Shown one piece after another: positions 13,801 to 26,325 of a stretch of 64,000 nucleotides of DNA. The DNA lies in contig NC_134028.1 in assembly GCF_964204645.1 (NCBI RefSeq), positions 26,284,345 through 26,348,344 of the forward strand, read 5' to 3'. Each line of letters begins with the position of its first letter. Position 1 is the stretch's first letter. The notes under the pieces were generated by a model that searched no databases, was not told the origin of the DNA, and saw only the letters and a list, made by a program, of their open reading frames with translations. Source of the DNA: Tubulanus polymorphus. Lineage: Eukaryota; Animalia; Nemertea. The translations under genes were made by a program, and so were the position numbers.

Positions 13801-14645
13801 TGGGTTTAATTTGACTGTGGATCCAGTTCCACAGTGGAATGGGTTTAATTTGACCGTGCATCCAGTTCCAGTGGAATGGGTTTAATTTGACTGTGGATCC
13901 GGTTCCACAGTGGAATGGGTTTCATTTGACCGTGCATCCAGTTCCACAGTGGAATGGGTTTAATTTGACTGTGGATCTGGTTCCACAGTGGAATTGGTTT
14001 AATTTGACCTTGCATCCAGTTCCACAGTGGAATGGGTTTAATTTGACCGTGCATCCAGTTCCACAGTTGCGTTTATGACTTCAACTGACTCCAGTTTTCC
14101 AGTTGTATGTTATTCAACAATATGTTCTTAATCAATCTTTGACTCAGAACTTGACATTTATCACTGATAAACAGTATTTAGAAATCCGTACCTGGCGACC
14201 ATGGAACCGGTGACCTGTTCAGGTAACAACGCTGTACATATTCCATTTTCACAGTTTTTACCGACTAATTTATGCGGATGCGGAAACACGTCTAGATTTT
14301 CGATGTAGTTTACCAATTCAGCGGTGACTCGAGCCGGACCGGAATAACCAATAATCTAACAAAAAATAAACTGTTTTTCATGAAACTGAACCCTGAGGGT
14401 ACGATGAATCTTCATTAAATGTTTCTTAATTTCTAAAATAATCTGAATCTTGTAAACAATATATTAAAGTAGAGAATTTTTTCAGAGTTTTTTTTATACC
14501 TCTACAGCGGGGTAAGTTTTATTTTCGCGAGTGCTGTATACTCCTTGAATTCCGCCGTGTGAAAGTCCCTCCGATTTGTAGCGAAATCGTATATTTCTAG
14601 ATTGCGGTTGCTCGGTTATTAAAACATGAGGCGCCGATTTATCAC
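4888..14645 (-). CDS. NFKB1: NF-kB p105/p100/Relish-type transcription factor (RHD-IPT-NLS-ankyrin repeats-death domain), multi-exon; 5' start exon not resolved
   Basis: Exons read on the minus strand with GT-AG borders: 14645-14500 ([23 protein letters not shown]), 14355-14192 ([14 protein letters not shown]), ~13442-13315, ~12342-12184 ([10 protein letters not shown]), ~11853-11749 ([26 protein letters not shown]), ~11661-11567 (FGPSDVHRQ), ~11167-11027 (IVFRTPPY), ~10187-10101 (NLS RKRKK), ~9020-8740, ankyrin exons ~8352-6257, ~5893-5720, death-domain exons ~5335-5160 and 4998-4888 (stop TAA). The symbol denotes the p105/p100 class; exact orthology is not established. Confidence 0.9.
6940..7270. 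repeat. Intronic minisatellite, ~39-40-bp unit (aaaccctggcatcccttctgacaatctataacct), ~8 copies
   Basis: Directly visible imperfect tandem repeat inside an NF-kB intron. Confidence 0.85.
7792..8000. repeat. Degenerate ~20-bp tandem repeat (actgggtccagaactgtgga)
   Basis: Visible tandem motif. The reverse-complement motif (tccagttccaca) also occurs at ~2920-2990 and within the 39-bp array at 13720-14068. Confidence 0.65.
13720..14068. repeat. Intronic minisatellite, 39-bp unit (gggtttaatttgactgtggatccagttccacagtggaat), ~9 copies
   Basis: Directly visible tandem repeat; it accounts for the repetitive ORFs in the track at 13562-14078. Confidence 0.9.
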
Positions 14646-17483
14646 CTTTAGAAAAAAGTGAGAACATACTTTTAAAATATCAGTTATTACAAAAATTCAT
14701 ATTTATGAATTTTTGGTTATTAGCAATGTGGAATTATTCACATTATGATTATCATTATAAGGCATTTAATTATTCATTATTTGGCATTATTTTTTAGTTA
14801 TTATGCCGCCCTCTATAGGCCTAAACCTTAGAATATCATAATTATGATGTAGCGCAAATAGAAATAACAATATTATCATAGTAAGAAAGTTTTAGGGTTC
14901 GGGTTATTAGAGGATTAGGGTTCGTTTTAGGGTTAGGATTATAATCGGATGGGCTTGCAAAAATGTCCGACTATGAAACTAAACCACAGCCAGGAAACTG
15001 ACTAATAGTTGGGCTAGGTAACTGACTAATGGTTTGTTTGATATCAATACTAGTATAGTGGTATATTAGTATAAAGTATATATTACGACATAGTAAAGTA
15101 TATTGTTATAGTATATTCATTTTTCATAAGCCTTACATAGAATATGTCAGTACATTTTAAGTATCCCGGTACAACATATTGTGGTAGCGGAAATAACTTT
15201 GAAAATTGTGAAATTAACTACAGACACCTAGTCCAGTTATCACACCAATTCTAACACTATTTTTCATTATTTCAAACAACAAATTTGTTGCGCGTTGATC
15301 AAAACAAAACCGGATGGATATCTCAAAAGACAATGAAATACAAGGCAAGTCGCTCGTCAATCAAATAGGGTGAGGAAAATTCCATTGAAAAATGACCTCG
15401 ATTCCTGCCGGTGGTTTGTGTCATCATCCTCCTGGTAACCAGCCACAATTAATCAGTGTCTGATCATGAAACTAAACCGCAGACAGATTAGTCTAGTACC
15501 TAGCCATTGTTCCACAAACAACGTTGTTAAATTTAGGGGGAACCATAACAACGACTGGTATTCCGAGACTAACTGACAGATTGGCTGACTAGGTTACCCG
15601 AATACTAGACCATGCAGCTTACGGGTTCCCGTTGTTTCAGGAACAAAGTTTGTCATTAAGTTAAACTTGCAGAAAATTCTTATCGAAAAATTCCCACCTC
15701 TTAAGCCTATCTTTGTTTCATACCCCCCCCCCCCCCATTGTGGCATTTCGCGCCATTTACTTTTTGCAACACAAAACAATCCTGTTGATATCAACCTTAA
15801 AAACTCACATTTTTCTTTTTTTCCAATTATCAAAATTATCAAGAAAATCGAATTCTTTTTCGATTCAAGTCGAAAAAAATAATGTGGGCCTACCTTTAAA
15901 TTCATGTTTTCCCTCTTCTATCCATTTACCTTCACTCATTTTTGTCTATAAAAATCCAAAACCAATTTTGAATTTTCGAATATCATCAAAATATGATCCT
16001 ATTTCAAAATACAAAAAAAATGAAAAGTAACATTAAAAAGGCGTAAAAAAACGTCACTCCGTTTCGAAAGGGAAGGGTCAATCACTCGACTCACCAATCA
16101 CGTCAGTCTCAGAGTCAGCGATGAATGGAGATACAGATTTTCTTACAATTAAAACAGCACCACTGGACTTCCCATTTTTAGCGACTCACGTATCGAACTA
16201 GAGAGCCAGGCGATATGCAGAATGGGTTTTTACTGAAATTCACTATTTACAAATTTAGCAACGGGTTTTCCCCTACTACTTTAGACTGGCGAGAAATGGG
16301 TAGCTCCGAGAATATTCACAATTCAATTCAATTACTTTATTGACACTAATAAATCATACAAAAAACATTTTAGTAACACGTTAACAAAGTTAAACAAGAC
16401 AAAGAAACTGATAAAATGATGACAAGTTATAAAACATATCAATCGTGTGAAAAGATATACAGGATAAAATATGAAAAAGTTGACTGGGGCAGCACGGGTG
16501 ACTCAGTAGATTGATTTAAATACCTGACGTCCTGATATCGGCAATGGAATTGATAAAATTACTGACTATACAAATTTCATGGTCATTGTTGAAGCTCATT
16601 AAAAATATAAAAAGTTCATCGTCAGACATTAAGTCCACGAATTCAGGGGCGGATCTAGGATTTTTCAAAGGCCGTGGCTGACAAAACGTAATGATGTCCC
16701 TGATGACGACGAGGTTCCCCCTCGACATTTAGAAAATTTTGAAAAATCCTCGGGAAAATGGTGCGATTTGACAGCATTTGTGCCGATGGTTTTAGTGAAA
16801 ATTATGCCTGGTGAGCCGTGGCCAGGATGAGGTGTTAATAATTTTAATGAGATGATTAGGGGAAGCTTTAGCTGGTCATTTTTCAAACATTTGTCATCAT
16901 AATTTACAATTTGTCATGGTTCTGGTTTTGGAAATTTCTTGTCACAGATTGGGAAAGAGTCAAATAGTTTTGATTGGGAAAATGACCGTTTACCGGATAC
17001 ATATACGGCCTAGCGGAATGGCTGAGATACACTTACTTACGAGCAATCATCTCGATGATTGCTCGTAGCATACGGCGTCAGGTAGTGATACAAAGTCACA
17101 ACGATTAAAGCCCATGAACGCACACGGTAAAACATTTGTTTCTCCGAAACAGAACACACGTTTTTCGGAAAATGTCGGGACTGTGGTTCAATTTAGATTG
17201 AGAATTGAGAAAGCCAAAACGATATTTGTAAAGGTCAATGATTCCCTGATACGGCGATATTTCGCGGCGGCTCTGCCCCCGACAGATATTCGCCGGTTTG
17301 GACATGAGAGCACTGCCCTGATTTATATATTCTCGGAGCTACCCATTATTGTTGAGATCAGTAGCCCGTGTCCGAACCGGAATTCCGCAGGCAACCCCTC
17401 TGTCAAGGAAATATTTTTCCTCCGAACAACCAAACAAATACATTTTTGAACGTGAACCTGGTTGTTATCTGTTTGTGACAATA

Positions 17484-20400
17484 ATGGCAGGAATTCAGAT
17501 GAAAGAAGGGGAATATACCTCTACTGTATACGCGATGGTAAATTACAGCGTCGGTTCTTATGACTATGTTTAGCCTTATATGCCATGATATAAAGATTAA
17601 ATTACTTGATTCTCGTCATCAGCAGTTGTAAAAAAAAATCATCGAGGAGGGAGGTTTATATTTCATATTTTATATAAAATATTCCGCAAGCTCTAATGAT
17701 GTATGAAGACTACTTGTTTGTTATTTCAGATTAAAGATCAGCGTTACAACGAAGCAGTTCAAATACTCAACCAACAATTACAAACGCATCAAAAAGTAGG
17801 ACTGTAAAAATCGTCATCATCATTTCAGAATTAGAATAAGTTATGAGGAACAGTCTTTTAACAATTTTTCTTTTTTTTTTTTCGCAGTCACGTGCAGCTA
17901 TCTCGTTGTTAGGTTACTGTTACTATCAGATGCAGGATTTTGTAAATGCAGCTGACAGCTACGAGCAACTGACGTCGATGCATCCAGAAGTCGAAGATTA
18001 TAAACTCTATTACGCTCAGTCATTGTATAAAGCTTGTCTTTATCAAGAATCGATGAAAGTCGCTTGTCAAATTGATAATCCTACTTATCAAACCAAGGTA
18101 TCCACCTTTTTTTAAGTTTTTAAAAAATTGTTCTAGTTTAGATTTTAAAGACCATGCGATCTGTAGCACCGGTCTAAGATCAATTTGGTTCTTCAACCAA
18201 TCTTACAACTTAGAACTAGCCTGAGTTGATTTTAGTTTCATAGCCAATCCAACAACTTAAGACCAATCATAGCTCATTTTGGTTCTATATAACTGATCTC
18301 CATAATTTAAGACCAGTCTTGAAATTTCAGTCTGCCGTGTAACTGGGTCGTATTATTTCATCGAATGTAGGGTTGATATTTTAATGATTACGATTGTAGA
18401 TTACGAAACTTCAAGCTGCTATTAAATACCAGGAAGACGACATCCCTGGAGCCCAAAGTCTCGTTGAACAATGTCCATCGGATGATCCCGATACGGAAAT
18501 AAACCTCGGCTGTTTATTATTCAAGGTACTGGATTCATTTTCACAAAAATATCAAGTTTAAAACCAATAATATCTACATATAACTTTAGTGGACAGATGA
18601 TGAGTTATTTGATGAATACAGACCTCAACTGAATAATGCAGACTTTTTTATTTTCTTCGATGAAAGCAAAATTATATTCTGATCATCTAATTTTTTTTAT
18701 CGTTAATTCGTCGAACTGATTATGCCGGCGTTTAGTTTATGGGAGTTCAGTTGTCGTCACGTTTTTCTATATTTTTTAAGGAATCGAGATATCAAGAAGC
18801 GTGTCAGAAGTTTACGACGGCCATGCAAGTCGTCGGATATAAACCTGATTTGTCGTACAATATCGCTTTGTGTCACTACATGTTGAAACAATATGCTCCA
18901 GCGTTGAAGCACATCGCTGATATCATCGAACGCGGAATCAGAGAACATCCTGGTCTGTTTTATTATCGATACTCATTCATTCCTGTGTCAGATTCATGTG
19001 AAAAATGGACATCTACTTACCTTTCAGTTCCTCTACATCGCTGTGTGGTGTAAACATCGGTGATTCACTTTGTACACCACACCACAGTGTATTGATGATA
19101 CTAGTAATTAAGTCTTTATCTCTATTGAAAGATGGCATTCAATTCGAACAAAATGCCTCAAGCTCCTTTACCTTCAATTTTAAGAAATATGCAGTTAGAT
19201 ATGTTTATACTTGTGCAGTAAACTACGCCTTGTTACAGTTAGGACCAGTATTTATTTTACCCAATAAGGCGGTTATTGAATTGGACTGAGTTTAGATCTG
19301 CGTAAATCTGAATGATTTCTCTATTTCAATTGATAGAATTAAGCGTTGGAATGACGACTGAAGGTATAGATGTTCGAAGTGTTGGCAACACGTTTACCCT
19401 GCATGAAACTGCTCTGATCGAAGCGTTCAATCTGAAAGCGGCCATCGAATATCAGCTGAAAAACTGTAAGTTCCCCAAAGTCATTCAGTCTACATGTCGG
19501 GGAATAGTCAGCGAAAAGCGAGTGAAATAAAAGTGGCGCCACCCTGAAAAGTGTCTGTTGATTTTGTAGATGAAGCGGCATGTGAAGCATTAACCGATAT
19601 GCCTCCCCGCGCCGAGGAAGAATTAGATCATGTAACTCTTCATAATCAGGCGTTGATGAACATGGAAACAAGAGCTTCGGATGGATTCGAAAAACTACAA
19701 TTCCTCATTCAACAAAGTCCGTTCCCTCCAGAGACTTTCGGTAATCTTCTGCTATTGTACGTGAAATTTGAGGTAAGTTCGAATGGGAAAATGAATGATA
19801 AGAGAGCCTCTAAAATATTAAGTCAAAACTTACCACCTCTCCCTAAGTTCGTAATGCTTAAAATTGCTCTAAGTATGTACTTAATGTACAGCTGCCTAAA
19901 TGGATTAAGAATTACAATATTTATCTTTCAAAATGGGATTATGAATTGTTTTTGTTTTAGTATTATGATTTGGCTGCTGATGTAATGGCTGAAAACGCTC
20001 ATTTAACCTACAAATACTTGAATCCTGTAAGTTTTATTTTGAAATCAAATTTTCCCAGAGAAATATTGATCAATTCTACTTCGACGTTATTTGTTTTTCG
20101 TTGACAGTATTTGTACGACTTTTTGGAAGCGATTATCACGAGGCAGACGTCACCTGAAGAGGCGTACAGACGACTGGATGAAATGGCTGCTAAACAGACT
20201 GAACAACTTAGAAAATTGACAAAATCGGTCAGTTATTCTACAATATTTTTCAAGAGTGGGGACATAGTTAACCATCAGATGAATATGATTTGATTGTAAC
20301 AATCCAGTTTTGATTGTCACTTATCCGCTGGTTTACTTCAACCAGTTTTGATTGTCACTATGTCAGTTATTCACTAGTTAAACCAGACATGTCGCTATGT

Positions 20401-23400
20401 CAGTTATCAGCTGGTAACCGGTAACTTTGACCGGTTTTATCTGTTAACTTTGGTTATGTGTAATAAACTTTTTGAATGAATGACCCCCGTAATTATTGAG
20501 GTTAAATGTTTCTGTTTAAGAGAATGATCTCTTTGTTATAGGTTCAAGAAGCTCGACAGAATCACGATGATGAAGCTGTTAAAAAATCCGTCAATGAATA
20601 CGACGACGCTTTAGAGAGGTATTTCAATCACGGCTTTAGAGAATTATTATTCAATTTGAAAAATGTCATCTTCTGCTGTACCAGTAATTACGATTCTGGA
20701 AAACAAGGAAAACACAGGGAACCAATTTCTCTCCGTGAAACCGCAGGGAAATGATGTTTGTTTTGCTTGCGTGTTTTTCCCGCAAATCGTGTTTTATGGT
20801 CTCCATGCCAGAACTGTCTTTCCTTCTGTCATTCATGAGAAAAAAGGGAAAGTTTGGCATCTACCGGGCCGGGAAAATATAAGGAGTTTGGACGTGAACG
20901 GATTGTGGGCACCCTGCCTGAAAGTGTTACTGATTTTCACCACTGCACTGATTACGATATACATTGTATTTGTATTGTAGGTATATTCCGATATTGATGC
21001 AACAAGCGAAGATTTACTGGGACCTCGATAACTATCAACAAGTCGAGAAAATATTCCGCAAATCGGTTGAGTTTTGTAACGAACACGACGTTTGGAAGCT
21101 GAACGTCGCTCACGTGTTATTCATGCAGGAAAACAAGTATAAAGAGGCGACTGGGTTTTACGAGCCGATCGTCAAGAAACATTACGACAACGTACGTACT
21201 TGATGATTAAACTCCAGGGCTCGGTTTCACGAAAAAGTTTAACTCAAATTTTTGGTGTAATTGCCATTGGATACTTCCTGTTTTCAATGAGGACAACAAT
21301 TCAAACTTAACCGTTTTAGGCTTAAACTTTCTCGTGAAACTGGGCCCGGATCAGTATAAGAGAAATTCAAATTAATCATCATATTCCATAATAATAATTA
21401 TTATTATTGTTTAATTTCTATAAAGCGCCCTTTTTCCTTGGGCAAGAAGGGAAGTATGTTTGAAAATCAGCTACATCGCGTGCATACGTATTTTGTTTTC
21501 ACATAGATATTGAACGTCAGCGCGATAGTTCTCGCTAATCTGTGCGTGTCGTACATTATGACCAGTCAGAACGAGGAGGCCGAAGAATTGATGAAGAAAA
21601 TCGAGAAAGAAGAAGAGGCGTTGGCTTACGACGATCCGGATAAAAAGATCTATCATCTCTGCATCGTTAATCTAGTTATCGGGTACGTGATATCAGAGAG
21701 GGATGGATTCAGGGGCGTGATATCAGAGGGGGATGGATTCAGGAGCGTGATATCAGAGGGGGATGGATTCAGGAGTGTGATATCAGAGGGGGATGGATTC
21801 AGGAGCGTGATATCAGAGGGGGATGGATTCAGGAGCGTGATATCAGAGGGGATGGATTCAGGAGTGTGATATCAGAGGGGGATGGATTCAGGAGCGTGAT
21901 ATCAGAGGGGGATGGATTCAGGAGTGTGATATCAGAGGGGATGGATTCAGGAGTGTGATATCAGAGGGGGATGGATTCAGGGGCGTGATATCAGAGAGGG
22001 ATGGATTCAGGGGCGTGATATCAGAGGGGGATGGATTCAGGAGCGTGATATCAGAGGGGGATGGATTCAGGAGCGTGATATCAGAGGGGGATGGATTCAG
22101 GAGCGTGATATCAGAGGGGGATGGATTCAGGAGTGTGATATCAGAGGGGATGGATTCAGGAGTGTGATATCAGAGGGGGATGGATTCAGGAGCGTGATAT
22201 CAGAGGGGGATGGATTCAGGAGCGTGATATCAGAGGGGGATGGATTCAGGAGTGTGATATCAGAGGGGGATGGATTGAGGAGTGTGATATCAGAGGGGGA
22301 TGGATTCAGGAGCGTGATATCAGAGAGGGATGGATTGAGGAGTGTGATATCAGAGGGGGATGGATTCAGGAGCGTGATATCAGAGAGGGATGGATTCAGG
22401 AGCGTGATATCAGAGGGGGATGGATTCAGGAGCGTGATATCAGAGGGGGATGGATTCAGGAGTGTGATATCAGAGGGGGATGGATTCAGGAGCGTGATAT
22501 CAGAGGGGATGGATTCAGGAGTGTGATATCAGAGGGGGATGGATTCAGGAGTGTGTCGTCATTGGGCACTAATTCATTGAACCCTCAATAGACAGCAAAA
22601 ATAGGGGGTTAGCCCGGGTGACCATGATTCGGGAAAACTGGGAAAACACGAGGAACTATTTTCTCTCAGGGAAAACGCAGGGAATTCGATAAAACTCTGG
22701 AAAACATCGGGGAAATGGTGTTTGTTTTACTTACGTGTTTTCCCTTGTGTTTTATGGTCTTCAGGCCTGTCATCACAACTTCACGACTGTGGTCGCCCTG
22801 TCAGATGATAGTGCACACTTCCCTTTTGAAGTTGCCTGGATCCAGCAACACCTGATCGTCTTATCGTCGTTCTATGTTCTCAGTCTAAACTATTATTTTC
22901 TTTTTTTAATAGAACCCTGTATTGCGCGAAGGGTAATTACGAATTCGGAATCTCACGTGTGATAAAGAGTCTAGAGCCGTACAATAAGAAACTCGGAACA
23001 GACACGTGGTTCTACGCGAAGCGTTGTTTCCTCTCTCTCATTGAAAACATGGCCAAACACATGATTATGTTACGAGATTCTGTTCTACAGGAATGTATTC
23101 AATTCTTAGAGCATTGTGAAAGTAAGTATTGAAATTGAATGCTCAGCACCTGGTTTATGGAGCATTGTGGCCGAGCGGTTAGAGCGTTTGACTCTGGGAA
23201 GCCAGGTCGTGGGTTCGAACCCCGTACATTGCCGTAGTGTCCTCGGGCAAGACACTTATCCTCATTGCCTCTCTCCACCCAGGAGTAAATGGGTACCTGG
23301 CCTGATAGATGACTCCTGAGCGTTTGTTAGCAGCTCGTTACTTCTCCCCAGGGAGAGATGACTGATACATGTTAGAGTATAAAATTGGGTAATAATATCG

Positions 23401-23945
23401 AAAAAAAATGTAAAGCGCTCTGAGCAGCCTGGCTGGATTTAGTGCTATATAAGACACATATTATTATTATTATTTATACTCAGTTCAGGGACGGATTGAT
23501 GTGGAAAATATGCTTAAAAATTTGTGAAAATGTGTGTGTAATGTTGTTAAAATGAGGTCTACTGTAAAGCCTAACTCAGGTCGACTTATAATCGGTCTGC
23601 CATCAATTAATTCATTGCGTTCGTTATTTAACTCATGTCGAAAAGGTTCCCTTTTAAAAATCGCAGACTTTACTGCTTGCGATCTAATCGGATCTTTGTT
23701 GACCCGAATTAGGCTTTAGAGATAATTATAACTCACTGTTAAACTGTGTTTTTGAGTGTTTCTTGCTTTTGGAAGTGTTATATTTATATGTGATTATTTT
23801 GGTTTTTCTAGTTTATGGTCGAGATGTTAAAGCTATCATCGAAACTCCGTTGGAAGAAGATCCGATGCATCCCGGTAAAAACACTGTCACATACGAAGCA
23901 AGATTATTGAAATCATTGTTTTTAGACCTGGTTGAAAGCTATTAG
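17484..23945 (+). CDS. TTC30: Tetratricopeptide repeat protein 30 (IFT70/fleer/DYF-1), ~14 exons
   Basis: Exons with GT-AG borders give MAGIQMKEGEYTSTVYAM, SRAAISLLGYCYYQMQDF, LSYNIALCHY...IIERGIREHP, ELSVGMTTEGIDVRSVGNT, EALTDMPPRAEEELDHVTLHNQALM, IFRKSVEFCNEHDVWKLNVAHVLFMQ, YHLCIVNLVIG and GKNTVTYEARLLK, all characteristic of TTC30/IFT70. Confidence 0.95.
21214..21347. mobile_element. Short inverted-repeat (MITE-like) element in a TTC30 intron
   Basis: gggctcggtttcacgaaaaagtttaa near 21216 is an imperfect inverted match to ttaaactttctcgtgaaactgggccc ending near 21347. Confidence 0.45.
21686..22555. repeat. Intronic minisatellite, 30-bp unit (gtgatatcagagggggatggattcaggagc), ~29 copies
   Basis: Highly homogeneous tandem array starting a few nt after the TTC30 exon donor at ~21683. 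Confidence 0.95.
23159..23475 (+). mobile_element. tRNA-derived SINE with CORE-like middle and L2-like tail
   Basis: Pol III A box TGGCCGAGCGG and B box GGTTCGAACC; CORE-like gtgtcctcgggcaagacactt; 3' tail tgtaaagcgct...gctatataa followed by (tta)n. Confidence 0.8.
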
Positions 23946-24723
23946 AAGTTTATCATGAGATTGAACTGTTTTAATCGCGCTGAGGAGCCAATCAACAACT
24001 AACTTCATCGGCCTGAAATGAGTTCTTAATCTTTGGATCAAAGATCAAATACTTGAACCGAAGGTATCAATCAATGTCCTGCACCCACCTGGCCTCACAT
24101 GTAATAAGAATTTCAGCAAGCATTTTGATTGAAAATGAACTAAAAGCACCGGACATTGAAAAAAATTTATCAGCACACTTTCAAAAACTGATTGTCCACA
24201 GTTCATGCCATACTGGTGATTTTGTGAGTAAAGGAGGGTTCAAGCTGCAGATTGATACCTGTTCTGTATTTAATTTGATCGTTAGGTTTCATATTGTAAT
24301 ATTCCGTCCTTTCTTCAATATAGAGTTCGTTGTAGTTTATTATCAAATACGTTGAGATTAGTTTCAATAAAAACTTTCAGTTCTGAACTTCATTAGTTGT
24401 CGATGAAAAACATGAGTGTGATAGGACACATACCCCTGGAAAAATGCCAACCATTTTTACTTAGAATTAAAGTAACGGTCAGCAACGATTTAAACATAAC
24501 CAGTTTAAGCTTACACATTTCAATGACCTGCTAAAGTAACAGATCATTTACTATTGCCAATTATTAGTAATTCTAAAGTGTTTCCTTTGATTTGGAAAAT
24601 GAACCACAAGGCATTGAAATGGGGGGCAGTTATCCAGGGGTAAATTGTCCTAGAATCGAAAAAGAGTTTCAACCCAAAGAAAAAGACTGAATTCAGATAT
24701 TTCCGAATATAGAATATTATTTA

Positions 24724-25590
24724 TTATTGACTGATCGGTGGTAAACGTTTTTTATCTTTCGTCGCCAGTTTTTTCCGTTTTTTCGACAGGTATTGTTCCA
24801 GTTTGCCGGACTCTTTCAGCTCTTTGAATTTATCCGCGAGTTCCAGTTTCTTTTTCTCCGACTTCTTCAGATAAAACGGACTCTTACCGCTCTCAACGAG
24901 CTCTTTCTCTTTATTTTTGAGCATTTTTTCCGTTTCGCGTGTTTTCTCTTTCTGTTTTCTCGTGTTTTCCTGCTGTTTAAAACGATCGAGTAGACGACGG
25001 ATTTTCGCACGTTCCGTCGGATTCTCGCATTTTTTCAGTTTTTTCGAAAGCATCGTTTTCTCGCGCGCTTTCAAACCGTCGATAAAACCGTACGATTGTT
25101 GGAACAGTTTTTCGTCGTAGTCTCCTGACAAGTCGTCGAAACGCGGGTCTCGAATTGTTTTCCGTTTGACGGCGACGCCGCCGTCTTTCAAACGACGAGT
25201 CGGTCTCTTCGAACTTATTTCCATCGGCCGATTTTTATTCGCGCGTTTGAACGTCCGTTGATTTACACAGGCAGCGATATTTCGAGAAGTTTTTCCACCC
25301 CCGCCGGCGGTCGCCTGATTGAAAACTTTCGAACCGATTCGCTCTTGAAGTTTTTGTAACTCCTCGAATGACATCGTTGATAACGTCTCCTTTAAATCGG
25401 CGTGCGGATCGGTAGTCACTGTTCCGGACTCCTCGGAGACACCCTCCTCATGATCCGAGGAGTCACCCTCTTCGTGATCCGATGAGTCACCCTCCTCAAT
25501 CTTCTCACTTTCCTCCTCTGAGCTGACATCTTCCTCCTCTGAACTACTAGCTGCTGGTGGCGAGTCGTCTAATTTTCGGTGTCGATTCAT
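24724..25590 (-). CDS. RRP36: Ribosomal RNA processing protein 36 homolog, single-exon CDS, 288 aa
   Basis: Motifs MSFEELQKLQERIG, FKRANKNRPMEISSKRP, RDPRFDDLSG, GKSPFYLKKSEKKK and YLSKKRKK. A ttttcag acceptor lies just upstream of the ATG (5'UTR intron). Confidence 0.93.
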   Translation of the reverse strand: MNRHRKLDDSPPAASSSEEEDVSSEEESEKIEEGDSSDHEEGDSSDHEEGVSEESGTVTTDPHADLKETLSTMSFEELQKLQERIGSKVFNQATAGGGGKTSRNIAACVNQRTFKRANKNRPMEISSKRPTRRLKDGGVAVKRKTIRDPRFDDLSGDYDEKLFQQSYGFIDGLKAREKTMLSKKLKKCENPTERAKIRRLLDRFKQQENTRKQKEKTRETEKMLKNKEKELVESGKSPFYLKKSEKKKLELADKFKELKESGKLEQYLSKKRKKLATKDKKRLPPISQ

Positions 25591-26325
25591 TTTATGGACT
25601 GAAAATACAAATTTTAAGTAGTTATAAATCTACGTTGAAAGATGATACTACGCCAGTTAGCAAACACCTACTATGGCACCAAGCAATGGGCAATTACTTC
25701 AGCTAATCAGTTATGACTGGACAATAAGTGATCTCTTGTTATAAGGTGAAATCAAAATGTTGTGTCTTTGAGTATATTTTTTCTTTCAACAATTTTTTCT
25801 TTCAATAATATATCAGTATTTGATACTTTTAATCAGAAAAATAATGGGTTTTTATTATATAGTTCTCGCTCCATGTTTGATTGTGGCTATTCAATCATTT
25901 ATGGGTTCGTTTCGGTAATTAGTGCGTCTACGATCATCAATTTTGTTGAAAATTCATTAAAGAGAGAGATAATACCTTTACAAGATGAAACTGAGATAAA
26001 GTTGTTCAAGAAATGATTTCTCCATTTCTAATTCTAATTTGATTGATACTTACTGCGTGAAACATACAGGCAGGAACGTTTTGAGTTGAGTTAAAAATTT
26101 CAATTATGCCTGGACTGGTTGCCTGTACATATGGGAGAGATCAGGTAACCAGTCTGGAATTGACCGACAACCAGTCTAGCCAACGAAATACCGGGAACCA
26201 GTCCTAAATTGCACGGTCCGAATCCCAGTCCGAATTAGGAACAGGCTCCACAGTGATGCGAAACATAAACAATATGGCGGCTTAATGAAGTAGAGATTAT
26301 TGATATTGCTGCAGCAGCTGTAGAG

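Noticed and set aside
21686-22526. Repetitive protein (VISEGDGFRS)n
   Set aside because: Read-through of a TTC30 exon into an intronic 30-bp minisatellite; frameshifted, and the real exon ends at a GT donor near 21683.
23165-23230. tRNA gene
   Set aside because: A and B boxes are present, but the sequence continues into CORE-like and L2-tail sequence, so it is a SINE head.
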